A stretch of DNA of 64,000 bases from Lentisphaeria bacterium (lineage in GTDB: Bacteria; Verrucomicrobiota; Lentisphaeria; JABSQK01; JAWLHB01), in assembly GCA_041690595.1 (NCBI GenBank), contig JAWLHB010000022.1:1-64000 (forward strand), in the 5' to 3' direction. The notes beneath the pieces are model-generated. The model worked only from the letters and a program-made list of their open reading frames with translations. It was not told where the DNA came from and made no database searches. Within the stretch, counting starts at the first letter, position 1, and every line of letters begins with the position of its first letter. Shown piece after piece: positions 32,845-41,727 of the stretch. The translations under genes were made by a program, and so were the position numbers.

Positions 32845-32952
32845 GTTTTCGCTCACAGAGCGTGGATTGAAACTGTATCAGCGAACTTGTGGCAATCGTA
32901 TCAGTCTCGGCCTCACACCGTATCGTCGGCGTGGGGCCGAGCCATTTCAGAC
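32845..32952 (+). ncRNA. putative crRNA-like regulatory RNA (degenerate mini-array: pseudo-repeat, 30-nt spacer, hairpin)
   Basis: GTTTTCGCTCACAGAGCGTGGATTGAAAC shares its last 14 nt with the array repeat and keeps a CGCTC/GAGCG stem; spacer 32874-32903; long hairpin GTCTCGGCCTCAC...GTGGGGCCGAG..ATTTCAGAC. Confidence 0.7.
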
Positions 32953-35121
32953 AGTCCATGCACGTCCTCCGGCGGCTACGTCAGTCATCAGGCCGAATCG
33001 CTGGTCATAGAGATCGTGAAATCCTGGCGACAGGGTGTACACGGTATCGGCGATTAGGTGAATGGCGCCGGCGTCCTGGAGCTTCTTCCAGTTCTGGGGG
33101 TAGAGATTCACGCTGAAGGGCTGGAGGGCGCGCAGGTTCTGACGAGTCATGCCACCGGGCTGCTGCAGCGTTTCAAGTCGAGAGGCCGCATCTCCGAACA
33201 GAACCACCAGCGACTGCGTCTGCCCATCTGGAATGATGCTGAACGTCTGTGCCACGTTCGGATAATCCCAGCTTTCTCTGAGCGTCATGATGCTTTTGCC
33301 GTCGGTGCTTCCACTTCCATAGAACTTGCGGAAATAGTAGGCGTAGAGATCTGGACTGGTGAGATCCAGATGGCCGTCGACAGTCTGCACGATCCCCTTT
33401 TCGCCTGCATCGAGCACCAGCTTCATCGTATCGCGGCCCACGCGGGGCGTGCCTGACGGCGGACTCGTGGGGGCCACGAACACGTAGACGTGGCCAAGCG
33501 GCAGTTCACCTTCGCGATTACAGCGTCCGGCTGCTTGCACGATGGAGTCAAGCCCTGCCAGCGCACGATACACAATGGGAAAACTGACGTCGACGCCGGC
33601 CTCGATGAGCTGAGTTGAGACGAGCAGACACGGCTTCTTCTCCCGTAGTATCTTGCGCACGCGGTTCAGTACCTGGAGGCGGTGAGCCGGGCACATGAGC
33701 GCCGAGAGATGGTAGGTGTACTCGGATGGCAACAACTCCGCCAGCTCGCGGGCGTCCTTCCGCAGGTGAGTGACGGCCAGCACCTGCCGCTCCGGATGCT
33801 GCAGGATGCGTTGCGCCAACTCATCGTAGCTTGTCGCATCTGATGTCTCCGGCCAATGAACCTGAACGCGATTGAGATTCCGCGCCAAGTCCTGGGGCCG
33901 TGGTATGATTTCACGGACGTCGACAAGACCCTCAAAGCGCTCGCGTCTGGCCAATGCGGGCTGTGTTGCGGTGGACAGCACAACCGTGCAGCCGTAACAG
34001 TCCGCAAGTTGCTGCAACATGTCGAGTATGGTCATGAGATACTCCATGGGCAGTGTCTGCACTTCGTCGAGGATGACGACGCTGCGGGCGATGTTATGGA
34101 GCTTGCGGCACGTTGATGAGCGATTGGCGTGAAGAGATTCGAGGAACTGGACCGACGTAGTTACGATGACCGGAGCATCCCAGTTCTCACTGGCCAGCTT
34201 GTTTTGGCGCGATTCGCGGACGGGATCGAGTGCGGAATGGTGTTCGATGACCTGTTCGGCACCGAACACATCTTTGTAGACCCTGGCGTTCTGCTCGATG
34301 ATACTGGTATAGGGGACGACAACAATCACCCGCCGCAAATCGTGCTGCTGAGCGTGATTCAGTGCGAAGGACATGCCGGCGAGGGTCTTCCCGCCACCTG
34401 TCGGCACGCTGAGGGAGAAGATGCCCGGTTCTTTGGAGGCAGCGGCGCGACAGTCATTGAGGATCTGAGCGCGTTGTAGGTTTACTGGGGTAGGATCGGC
34501 AGTGACAACGATGGCATCGAGATGAATATCGAGTCTCTGCCGCAACTCGCCGATATCCGCAAACGATGGCCGGGCGGTTTCCCGCATCGCCGCCTCGGTG
34601 TCGAGGAAATCCGCATCGACAAGAGCTGAGAAGAGGAAGCGCATCCACATTTCGAAGCGGCGCTTCTGGTGCTGGAGATTATCGGACTTGATGAACGCTG
34701 GCGGCTGAAGGTGGTCAGGTGGCGGCAGAGCGCGGGCGCACGCGGGCAACTTCGACAATAACGACTTCTTGGCAAGCATGGCGCCGGTTACGGTGGTTAC
34801 ATTCTGGAGCCCGGTATGATGCGAAAGGATCAACAGCGCGAGCGGCAAACTGTTGGCCAGGAGCGCCCCGAAGATGGCATGATCCTTGTCTTCACCGTTG
34901 CGCAACTGACCGCGGAGATAACGCTGAAAGCTGGCGCGGTACTTGCCGACGTCATGCAGCAGCCCAGCAGCTTTCCCCCATGCTTGTGAGTCGAATGCGG
35001 CCGCGAACTGCCCTGCCAGTTCCGCGACACCCCGCAGGTGGTCATCGAGCGTCTGCCACTGGTCCTCTGGCAACGGCAGTCGAGTGACCGGGTCCTCCTT
35101 GGTATGCGCGTGATACGTCAT
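32947..35121 (-). CDS. cas3: Cas3 HD nuclease-helicase
   Basis: YHAHT, LDDHL, LHDVGK (HD), LVDADFLD, PTGGGKT, LDEVQ, SATQP, STQLIEAGVD, QAAGRCNRE. Confidence 0.97.
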   Translation of the reverse strand: MTYHAHTKEDPVTRLPLPEDQWQTLDDHLRGVAELAGQFAAAFDSQAWGKAAGLLHDVGKYRASFQRYLRGQLRNGEDKDHAIFGALLANSLPLALLILSHHTGLQNVTTVTGAMLAKKSLLSKLPACARALPPPDHLQPPAFIKSDNLQHQKRRFEMWMRFLFSALVDADFLDTEAAMRETARPSFADIGELRQRLDIHLDAIVVTADPTPVNLQRAQILNDCRAAASKEPGIFSLSVPTGGGKTLAGMSFALNHAQQHDLRRVIVVVPYTSIIEQNARVYKDVFGAEQVIEHHSALDPVRESRQNKLASENWDAPVIVTTSVQFLESLHANRSSTCRKLHNIARSVVILDEVQTLPMEYLMTILDMLQQLADCYGCTVVLSTATQPALARRERFEGLVDVREIIPRPQDLARNLNRVQVHWPETSDATSYDELAQRILQHPERQVLAVTHLRKDARELAELLPSEYTYHLSALMCPAHRLQVLNRVRKILREKKPCLLVSTQLIEAGVDVSFPIVYRALAGLDSIVQAAGRCNREGELPLGHVYVFVAPTSPPSGTPRVGRDTMKLVLDAGEKGIVQTVDGHLDLTSPDLYAYYFRKFYGSGSTDGKSIMTLRESWDYPNVAQTFSIIPDGQTQSLVVLFGDAASRLETLQQPGGMTRQNLRALQPFSVNLYPQNWKKLQDAGAIHLIADTVYTLSPGFHDLYDQRFGLMTDVAAGGRAWTV

Positions 35122-35219
35122 TATAGCGATTCCTGAAGGTTGCGGACATGCTTATCCGTCAGCAAAGTGCTCGGGTCGACGGGTACCTCTTGCGGTCCCT
35201 TCTTCTTGAATCTGTTCAC
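35121..35219 (-). CDS. putative 32-aa small ORF translationally coupled to cas3
   Basis: AGGAGGT Shine-Dalgarno (35230-35224), GTG start, (M)NRFKKKGPQEVPVDPSTLLTDKHVRNLQESL, TAATG overlap with the cas3 ATG. Confidence 0.45.
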   Translation of the reverse strand: MNRFKKKGPQEVPVDPSTLLTDKHVRNLQESL

Positions 35220-35287
35220 CCTTACCTCCTTCTGCCCTTGTCGCAAGATGATGCATCGTTCATCGCTTTCAATCACAATTCCTGATA

Positions 35288-36295
35288 TCAGATCAAGTTG
35301 CTGACGCTGTCCGCCGTCTCTCCTGCATCCGCATGTCGTTCGGCGAGCTTCAGGGCGGCGGCGTGGAGTTGGGGACGGAGGGAGGGTGGGGCGATCAGCG
35401 TCAGATGGGGGGCGTAGGCGAGGATCCAGCGGACCAGGAGGGGCTCCGGGGCCGACGGGAAGCGGAGCGTCAGCGAACCATCCTCGTGCATGGTCAGCCC
35501 CTGACCCGGAAACCATTCGCGCTCGCTGATCAGGCGCCCCTTCTCGGGCGCCACCCGCACGACCACCTCCGCCACTTCGTCGTAGCCGAAGGGATTCCCA
35601 TTGCTCAAGCCCGCCAGCAGCCCCAGACTCCGCTCAAAGGTCGACTCCAGCACCACCGTATCCAGGCAGCGATGCATCGCGAAGGAGCGCACCGCGCGTC
35701 GCAGTCGACACCAGGCCCGAATGTACCAGCCGCCTCCGCTCAGAAAGAGCGCATGCGGCTCGATATCCCGCGGCAGATAGCGGTCATCCTCGCTGCAATA
35801 GGTGATCCGCAGCACGCGGCACTCCCGCCACCCCTCCAGGATATCCTCGAAGACCCGGCCCGGCGGCTCCACCTGCGCTGTCGTCGCCTGGATGACCGAG
35901 TGCAGCATCTCCGCCGAGAGCATCGTCGGATCCCCCGCCGCCAACAGTACCCGATCCGCCTCGGCCAGCGGCTCCTGCAGCGCGCTCGGCAGCAGCGGTG
36001 TCGTCAGCCGATGCGCAAACAGACTCGCAAAGCGCGCATCCTCCTCCAGCGCTGACGTCGGATAGGTCCAGGTCCGATCCCGCAGACAATACCCATGCTC
36101 CGCCGCATCGTACGCGATCGGCGCATCCAGCTTCCCTTGCATCCACTGGATGTCCCGCTGAATCGTCTTCGCGCACGCGCACAGGTGCGGCCGCATCCGC
36201 TTCGCCAGCGCCTGCGACGAAAGCACCCGGTTTACCTTCAACAGGCCGACAATCGCCACTCGTCGGCTGACCGTCTGAGAGTAGGAATCCTGCAT
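35288..36295 (-). CDS. HTH-WYL-WCX domain transcriptional regulator
   Basis: N-terminal wHTH (KTIQRDIQWM, APIAYD...GY), RDIEPHAL...WYIRAWC..R...RSF..HR, C-terminal WCX-like region; AGGAGG RBS. Confidence 0.92.
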   Translation of the reverse strand: MQDSYSQTVSRRVAIVGLLKVNRVLSSQALAKRMRPHLCACAKTIQRDIQWMQGKLDAPIAYDAAEHGYCLRDRTWTYPTSALEEDARFASLFAHRLTTPLLPSALQEPLAEADRVLLAAGDPTMLSAEMLHSVIQATTAQVEPPGRVFEDILEGWRECRVLRITYCSEDDRYLPRDIEPHALFLSGGGWYIRAWCRLRRAVRSFAMHRCLDTVVLESTFERSLGLLAGLSNGNPFGYDEVAEVVVRVAPEKGRLISEREWFPGQGLTMHEDGSLTLRFPSAPEPLLVRWILAYAPHLTLIAPPSLRPQLHAAALKLAERHADAGETADSVSNLI

Positions 36296-36389
36296 GCAAC
36301 CTCCTTGCGTTGATGCAGTTTATCCGGTAGCCCAAGCACATACCATGTTCCATCCCCACTTTTTTATGACTTTTTCTTCAGCTTCCATC

Positions 36390-36925
36390 CTGCCTCAACG
36401 TGGGAGGCGGCCTCCGGACGGCGATCTCCTGGGCACGCCACTCGCCTGAGTGGCACCGGTTGTTTCCCTGCAGCCCCAATCCAATGTGGGAGGCGGCCTC
36501 CGGACGGCGATTGCAGCCTTGCAGCCCCAATGTGGGAGGCGGCCTCCGGACGGCGATCCCTGGGCACGCCACTCGCCTGAGTGGCACCGGCGTTGGACGT
36601 TGCCACTCCCCAGAACATCGGTCCATTCCTCGGCTCAGTCCAACCACCAGCCATTCTCCTTCTTTGCGCTCTCTGCGTTCTTTGTGGTAGATTCCTTGTC
36701 CCCGCCATTCCCATCCTGGGCACGCCACTCGCCTGAGTGGCACCGGCGTTGGACGTTGCCACTCCCCAGACCCCTGCTGGACTAGACCCTACATTGCCGG
36801 GCCCGTCGCGGCTATCTTTGCGCTCTATGCGTTCTCTGTGGTTAATTTCAGTCGCCGCGTTGTCCTCTCCCATAGCAGAACCTTTTGTAGCGCCTTCGTG
36901 CTCTTCGTGTACTTCGTGGTTATCT
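36390..36925. repeat. mosaic of REP-like hairpin modules (right cluster)
   Basis: Same modules A (3 copies), B, C, D, E in the same orientation as 19519-21138. Confidence 0.9.
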
Positions 36926-37036
36926 TATTAGCGTCAGATGTTGAAGTATGAGCTTTCTCCCTCCACTACCGAGAATTCATAGGTTGCCGGGCCCGCGTCT
37001 CCCACATCCCCCCACAACAATTTCCTGAAAATATTC

Positions 37037-37065
37037 TTGCATATTCATCGGCATATTCATAAAGT
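37037..37065 (+). promoter_or_regulatory. predicted sigma-70 promoter with overlapping direct repeat
   Basis: TTGCAT-N17-TAAAGT; GCATATTCAT at 37039-37048 and 37051-37060. Confidence 0.55.
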
Positions 37066-37105
37066 ACCAGTGGATATCCGCTCAACCCCTATTGGAGTGA
37101 TGGCC

Positions 37106-38170
37106 ATGGCTTTCCCGAATCGAACAGGCGGCAAGGTGCTCATGTCCGACGTAGCGGACCTTGCCGGCGTCTCGCAATCGACCGTTTCCCGCGTCGTCAA
37201 CGGGCAGGCGGGCGTCAGCCAGGAAGTGGTCGACCTCGTCAACTCGGCCATCGAAGAGCTTGGTTACGAAGGGAGTGTGCGCCGCCGCACCGAGCCGCAG
37301 TCCGATTCCACCTCCCTGGCCCTCCTCGTCCTCGACGACCATTATCTGCGCCACGTCGACGTCTTCAACACCATCCTCGGCGGCGTCAACCTCGCCCTCA
37401 ACCGCAGTCACGCCTCCCTCCTCTTCATCCAGTCCGACGATCCTCAGCTCATCGCCGATCGGCTCGCGCAGCATCAGGTCAGTGGCCTCCTTCTCGCCGG
37501 CACGCAGCTCAGCCCCGCCATCGAAGCCGTCATCGCCCACCTCCCCGCCGTCTGGCTCTCCTCCTACCACGACCGCACCGGCGACCATGTCCTCGCCGGC
37601 AACGAAGCCATCGGCAAGCTCGCCGGCAGCTACCTTGTCGAGCAGCGCGGCCATCGCGACCTCGCTTTCCTGGTCACCGGCATGGGCTATCCCGCCTTCC
37701 GCATCCGCCAGCAGGCCTTCGAGTTCTACGCCTTCTCGCACCAGGTGCCCGTCCGCATCATCCAGGGCGAAACCGAGTTTCATCGTCGACACTCCGAAGA
37801 TTTCCTCCTCGAACTGGAAGCCCACGCCAGCAGCCTCGTCGAAGCCCTTCTCGACCTCGATCCCCTGCCCACCGGCATCTTCATCCCCTACGACCTGCTA
37901 ACTGCCCTCGTCTACCGCCATCTGCTCAAGCACAACGTGCGCATCGGCCACGATCTCGAGATCATCTCCTGCAACAACCAGCCCACCTGTCTCGCCGGCC
38001 TGGCCCCGCGTCCCGCCACCATCGACATCGGCGCCGAGACCATCGGCACCCACGCCGTCGAGCAGCTCCTCTGGCGCATGAAGTACCCCGACGTCCGCAA
38101 GAACCTCCAGCTCCTCGTCGAACCCTCCCTCGTCGACGGCGAACTCCTTCGCCACACCTGGAAAGACTGA
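37106..38170 (+). CDS. LacI-family transcriptional regulator
   Basis: MSDVADLAGVSQSTVSRVVNG...AIEELGY HTH; periplasmic-binding-protein-like C-terminus. Confidence 0.92.
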   Translation: MAFPNRTGGKVLMSDVADLAGVSQSTVSRVVNGQAGVSQEVVDLVNSAIEELGYEGSVRRRTEPQSDSTSLALLVLDDHYLRHVDVFNTILGGVNLALNRSHASLLFIQSDDPQLIADRLAQHQVSGLLLAGTQLSPAIEAVIAHLPAVWLSSYHDRTGDHVLAGNEAIGKLAGSYLVEQRGHRDLAFLVTGMGYPAFRIRQQAFEFYAFSHQVPVRIIQGETEFHRRHSEDFLLELEAHASSLVEALLDLDPLPTGIFIPYDLLTALVYRHLLKHNVRIGHDLEIISCNNQPTCLAGLAPRPATIDIGAETIGTHAVEQLLWRMKYPDVRKNLQLLVEPSLVDGELLRHTWKD

Positions 38171-38247
38171 CCCCATCATGACCGCCCTTTCACCCCAAAC
38201 CGCCCCCCGGCTGCCAGCCGCGACCGAACACCCAGCAAGGCATCCTC

Positions 38248-39207
38248 ATGGTTAAGCTCACCGAAAAGCTCCACGGCATCATCCCCCCGATGGTCACCCC
38301 CCTCGCCACCCCCTCGACCCTCGACGAAGCCGCCGCCCGCCGCCAGCTCCGCCGCCTCCTCGACGGCGGCGTCCACGGCATCTTCGTCCTCGGCACCACC
38401 GGCGAAGGTCCCTGCCTCCCCGACACCGTCAAGTACGACCTCATCCGCGTCAGTTGCGAAGAGATCGCCGACCGCGTCCCCCTCCTCGTCGGCATCAGCG
38501 ATGCCGCCTTCGACGAATCCGTTCACCTCGCCGAACTCTGCGCCGACCTCGGCGTCACCGCCCTTACCATCACGCCCCCCTTCTACTTCCCCCTCGGCCA
38601 GGACGAAGTCGTCGACTACTACGAGCAGCTTGCCGCCCGCCTCCCGCTGCCCTTCATCATCTACGACATGCCCGCCATGGTCAAGACCCATGTAGAGCCC
38701 GACACCGTCCGCCGCCTGATGCACCTCCCCAACCTCCTCGGCATCAAGGACAGCTCCGGCATCATGATCTACCACCACGAACTCATCCGCCTCGCCCGGC
38801 GACGGGACGACTTCAGCGTCCTCATCGGCCCCGAGGAGCTCCTGGCCGATTCCGTCACCCTCGGCAGCGACGGCGGTGTACCCGGCGGCGCCAACCTCTG
38901 GCCCGAACTCTATGTCGGCATCTACGACGCCGCCCGCCACCACGATTTTACCCGCCTCGACAGCCTGCGCGAGCAGCTTTTCACCCTGCGCGGCATCTAT
39001 TTGCGCGGCCGCTATGGTTCCAGCATGATCAAGGGAGTAAAGTGCGCCCTCAAGCTGCTCGGCGTCTGCCAGGAAACCATGGTCGAGCCCTTCCGCCCCT
39101 TCGGGACGCCCCAGGCAGACGAGATCGCCGCCATCCTTCGCTCCCTCGGCCTCCTTGCCGATCACCCCGCCGCCGAAGTCAAATCCCGAAACAACGCCGC
39201 CGCCTGA
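38248..39207 (+). CDS. DapA/NAL-family class I aldolase
   Basis: [34 protein letters not shown]. Confidence 0.9.
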   Translation: MVKLTEKLHGIIPPMVTPLATPSTLDEAAARRQLRRLLDGGVHGIFVLGTTGEGPCLPDTVKYDLIRVSCEEIADRVPLLVGISDAAFDESVHLAELCADLGVTALTITPPFYFPLGQDEVVDYYEQLAARLPLPFIIYDMPAMVKTHVEPDTVRRLMHLPNLLGIKDSSGIMIYHHELIRLARRRDDFSVLIGPEELLADSVTLGSDGGVPGGANLWPELYVGIYDAARHHDFTRLDSLREQLFTLRGIYLRGRYGSSMIKGVKCALKLLGVCQETMVEPFRPFGTPQADEIAAILRSLGLLADHPAAEVKSRNNAAA

Positions 39208-39310
39208 GCATCATGACCGTCAGCCAATCAGGAGGTCACCCCCCTTGAAATCCGCCTGCACTGCCAAACCATTTGACGACGACCAGCATACCAAAAGAGG
39301 GAGTGAAAAG

Positions 39311-40015
39311 ATGAAACCGACACGTGCAACCTTCACCTTGATCGAGCTTCTCGTGGTGGTGGCGATAATCGCCGTACTCGCCTCGATGCTCCTGCCCGCA
39401 CTCAGCCGCGCCCGCGACATCGCCCGCCGCACCACCTGCCAGAACAACTTCAAACAGCTCGCCCTCGGCATCTTCCTCTATGCCGATGAGAACGACGACA
39501 CCGGCCCTGCCAGGGCCATCTCCGAAGGCCCCGTCGACCGCGGCCACTGGATGCTCAAACTCGCTCCCTATCTCGGCACCGAACGTACCGACCTCGCGAC
39601 CAACGCCTCCCTCCCTAATGCCGCCGACAAGCATATCCGCATCCTCCAGTGCCCAACCACATGGGGCCTGCCATTCGCCAGCAGCGGCCACTCCTACGGC
39701 CTCAACGAGTACTTCATCATGGAAGATAACTGGAACAAGTACTCGGCCCCCGCCCAGTTCAAGAATGGCGATGTTCAGGACAACATCGAATCCTTTATCC
39801 TCGCCGCCGACTGCTTCATCTACGGCTTCGGCACCATGCTTACCGTGGACGACGGTATCCTCAGCACCAACATCTACCGCCAGGGCAAACAGCACCAGTT
39901 CGGCGTCAACATGCTCTTCGCCGACGGTCATGTCGAATGGAACGCCCTCGGCAATCGCCGGCGGATCCTCATGGCCCCCAGGAAGAACAGCCCCAACTGG
40001 TGGCAGAACTGGTGA
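39311..40015 (+). CDS. prepilin-type N-terminal cleavage/methylation protein (DUF1559/H-X9-DG type)
   Basis: [56 protein letters not shown]. Confidence 0.92.
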   Translation: MKPTRATFTLIELLVVVAIIAVLASMLLPALSRARDIARRTTCQNNFKQLALGIFLYADENDDTGPARAISEGPVDRGHWMLKLAPYLGTERTDLATNASLPNAADKHIRILQCPTTWGLPFASSGHSYGLNEYFIMEDNWNKYSAPAQFKNGDVQDNIESFILAADCFIYGFGTMLTVDDGILSTNIYRQGKQHQFGVNMLFADGHVEWNALGNRRRILMAPRKNSPNWWQNW

Positions 40016-40040
40016 CCCTACCGCGCAGAGGTACGGAATC

Positions 40041-41657
40041 GTGCTGACGACCGACATCGCCATCTACGGCGGGACGCCTGCCGGCGTGACCGCCGCTGTG
40101 CGTGCCGCACGCGAGGGCTGGCGCGTCGTGCTGATCAACCACACCCATCACCTCGGCGGCATGCTGGCGAATGGCCTTTTCCAATGGGACGCCCTGAGCG
40201 CCCACCGGCGGGCGCCCCTCTTCCGCGAGGTACTCGGTCGTATCGAGGCGCACTATCGCGAAACCTTCGGCGCGGATTCGCGCGAGCACCGCAACGCCTG
40301 CTTCCTCCCCGGTCGTCATCCCTCCGGCGCCGTCGAGCCACACGTCATCGAGCGCCTCTTCACCCAGATGGTCGCCGCCGAACCGCACATAAGCGTGCTC
40401 AACGGATGGTGCATCTCCCGCTGCCGCCGCCGTCACCGCCGCGTCGAGGCCCTGCACCTGCAACAGATGGACGGCGACGACACGAAGGTCGTCCAGGCTC
40501 GGGTCTTCATCGACGCCAGCTACGAGGGCGATCTCGCTGCCCAAGCCAACGTGCCGTATCGCGTTGGCCGCGAAGGTCACGACGAGACCGGAGAACCGCA
40601 TGCCGGTCGCATCTACACCCAGACTACCGCGGCAGCGGGTCTCGATCCCACTGTGGCCGAAGCATGGGGCGTCTTCCCATACCCCGTGGGAATGGCCGGC
40701 TTCGATCCCCGGAGCCCGCGCAACGCCGATCGCGCCATTCAGGCCTGCAACCTGCGCCCATGCGTCACCTGCAATCCCGCCAACGGCGTCCCCCTGAAGG
40801 TGCCTCCCCCAGCCTATGACCGTCACGACTATCTGACCTACCGTCGCCGCTTCATGGCCCTGCATACCCCTGATCGTACCCTCGATGGAAAGAGCACCTT
40901 CAACGCGCCGATCATGCCCGGCGCAAACTGGGATTATCCCGATGGTGACTGGGCCACCCGCCGCACCATCGCCGAGCGACACACACGCTTCGCTCTGGGC
41001 CTCATCTGGTTCCTCCAGAACGACCCCGCCATCGAGGCCGAACAGCAGGAGCAGTTCCGCCAGTGGCAGCTCTGTGCCGACGAGTGGCCCGATAACGGCC
41101 ATCTCCCATACGAGATCTACGTCCGTGAAGCTCGTCGCATCGTCGGCCGTCACATGCTCAGCGAGCATGACCTGCTGCCACAGCCACGGACCGATGCGCC
41201 ACGTCCCTTCGATGACAGTATCGCCTTCACCGACTGGTACATCGACAGCCACTCCTGCGATCGCGATGGGACGACCGGCGAGCCTGCGTCGCCCGACTAC
41301 CCATGGAACGGCAAGCTCATCATGGGCGCGGAGTTCCGCCCCGCACAGATTCCCTATCGCAGCCTCCTGCCACGCGGCGTGGACAACCTTCTGGTCCCGG
41401 TCTGCCTTGGCGCCACCCACGTCGCCTTCAACGCCGTGCGCCTCGAGCCCTGTTGGATGCATACCGGCGAAGTTGCGGGATTTGCCGCCGCCATTGCCTT
41501 GCGCGACGGGACGCTGCCGGGCAACCTGCCGGGCGAAGAGCTGGCCGCCGAACTCTCCGCGCGCGGCGTCCACGTCCGCTATCCAACTCCGCGACATCCC
41601 GTCCCCGTGCCGTGCCCCCCTCAGGACCAGATGACCCTTTCCACGGCGACGGGCTGA
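40041..41657 (+). CDS. FAD-dependent oxidoreductase (FAD_oxidored family)
   Basis: DIAIYGGTPAG, LGGMLANG, FIDASYEGDL, YVREARR, IPYRSLLP, NLLVPVC..ATHVA...RLEP; GTG start. Confidence 0.88.
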   Translation: MLTTDIAIYGGTPAGVTAAVRAAREGWRVVLINHTHHLGGMLANGLFQWDALSAHRRAPLFREVLGRIEAHYRETFGADSREHRNACFLPGRHPSGAVEPHVIERLFTQMVAAEPHISVLNGWCISRCRRRHRRVEALHLQQMDGDDTKVVQARVFIDASYEGDLAAQANVPYRVGREGHDETGEPHAGRIYTQTTAAAGLDPTVAEAWGVFPYPVGMAGFDPRSPRNADRAIQACNLRPCVTCNPANGVPLKVPPPAYDRHDYLTYRRRFMALHTPDRTLDGKSTFNAPIMPGANWDYPDGDWATRRTIAERHTRFALGLIWFLQNDPAIEAEQQEQFRQWQLCADEWPDNGHLPYEIYVREARRIVGRHMLSEHDLLPQPRTDAPRPFDDSIAFTDWYIDSHSCDRDGTTGEPASPDYPWNGKLIMGAEFRPAQIPYRSLLPRGVDNLLVPVCLGATHVAFNAVRLEPCWMHTGEVAGFAAAIALRDGTLPGNLPGEELAAELSARGVHVRYPTPRHPVPVPCPPQDQMTLSTATG

Positions 41658-41727
41658 GCAACCCCTTTCTTCGAAACTTACCGACGATAGCCAACACCGC
41701 GACAAGCCAAGGGAACAGAGAAACCAT

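Noticed and set aside
35120..35125. Perfect TATAAT on the minus strand at the cas3 start
   Set aside because: It overlaps the start codon itself, so it cannot be the -10 box for full-length cas3
35266..35276. GTGATTGAAAG on the minus strand resembling the repeat 3' end
   Set aside because: No preceding stem, and it differs from the handle; more simply a -35 box (TTGAAA) of a possible cas3 promoter
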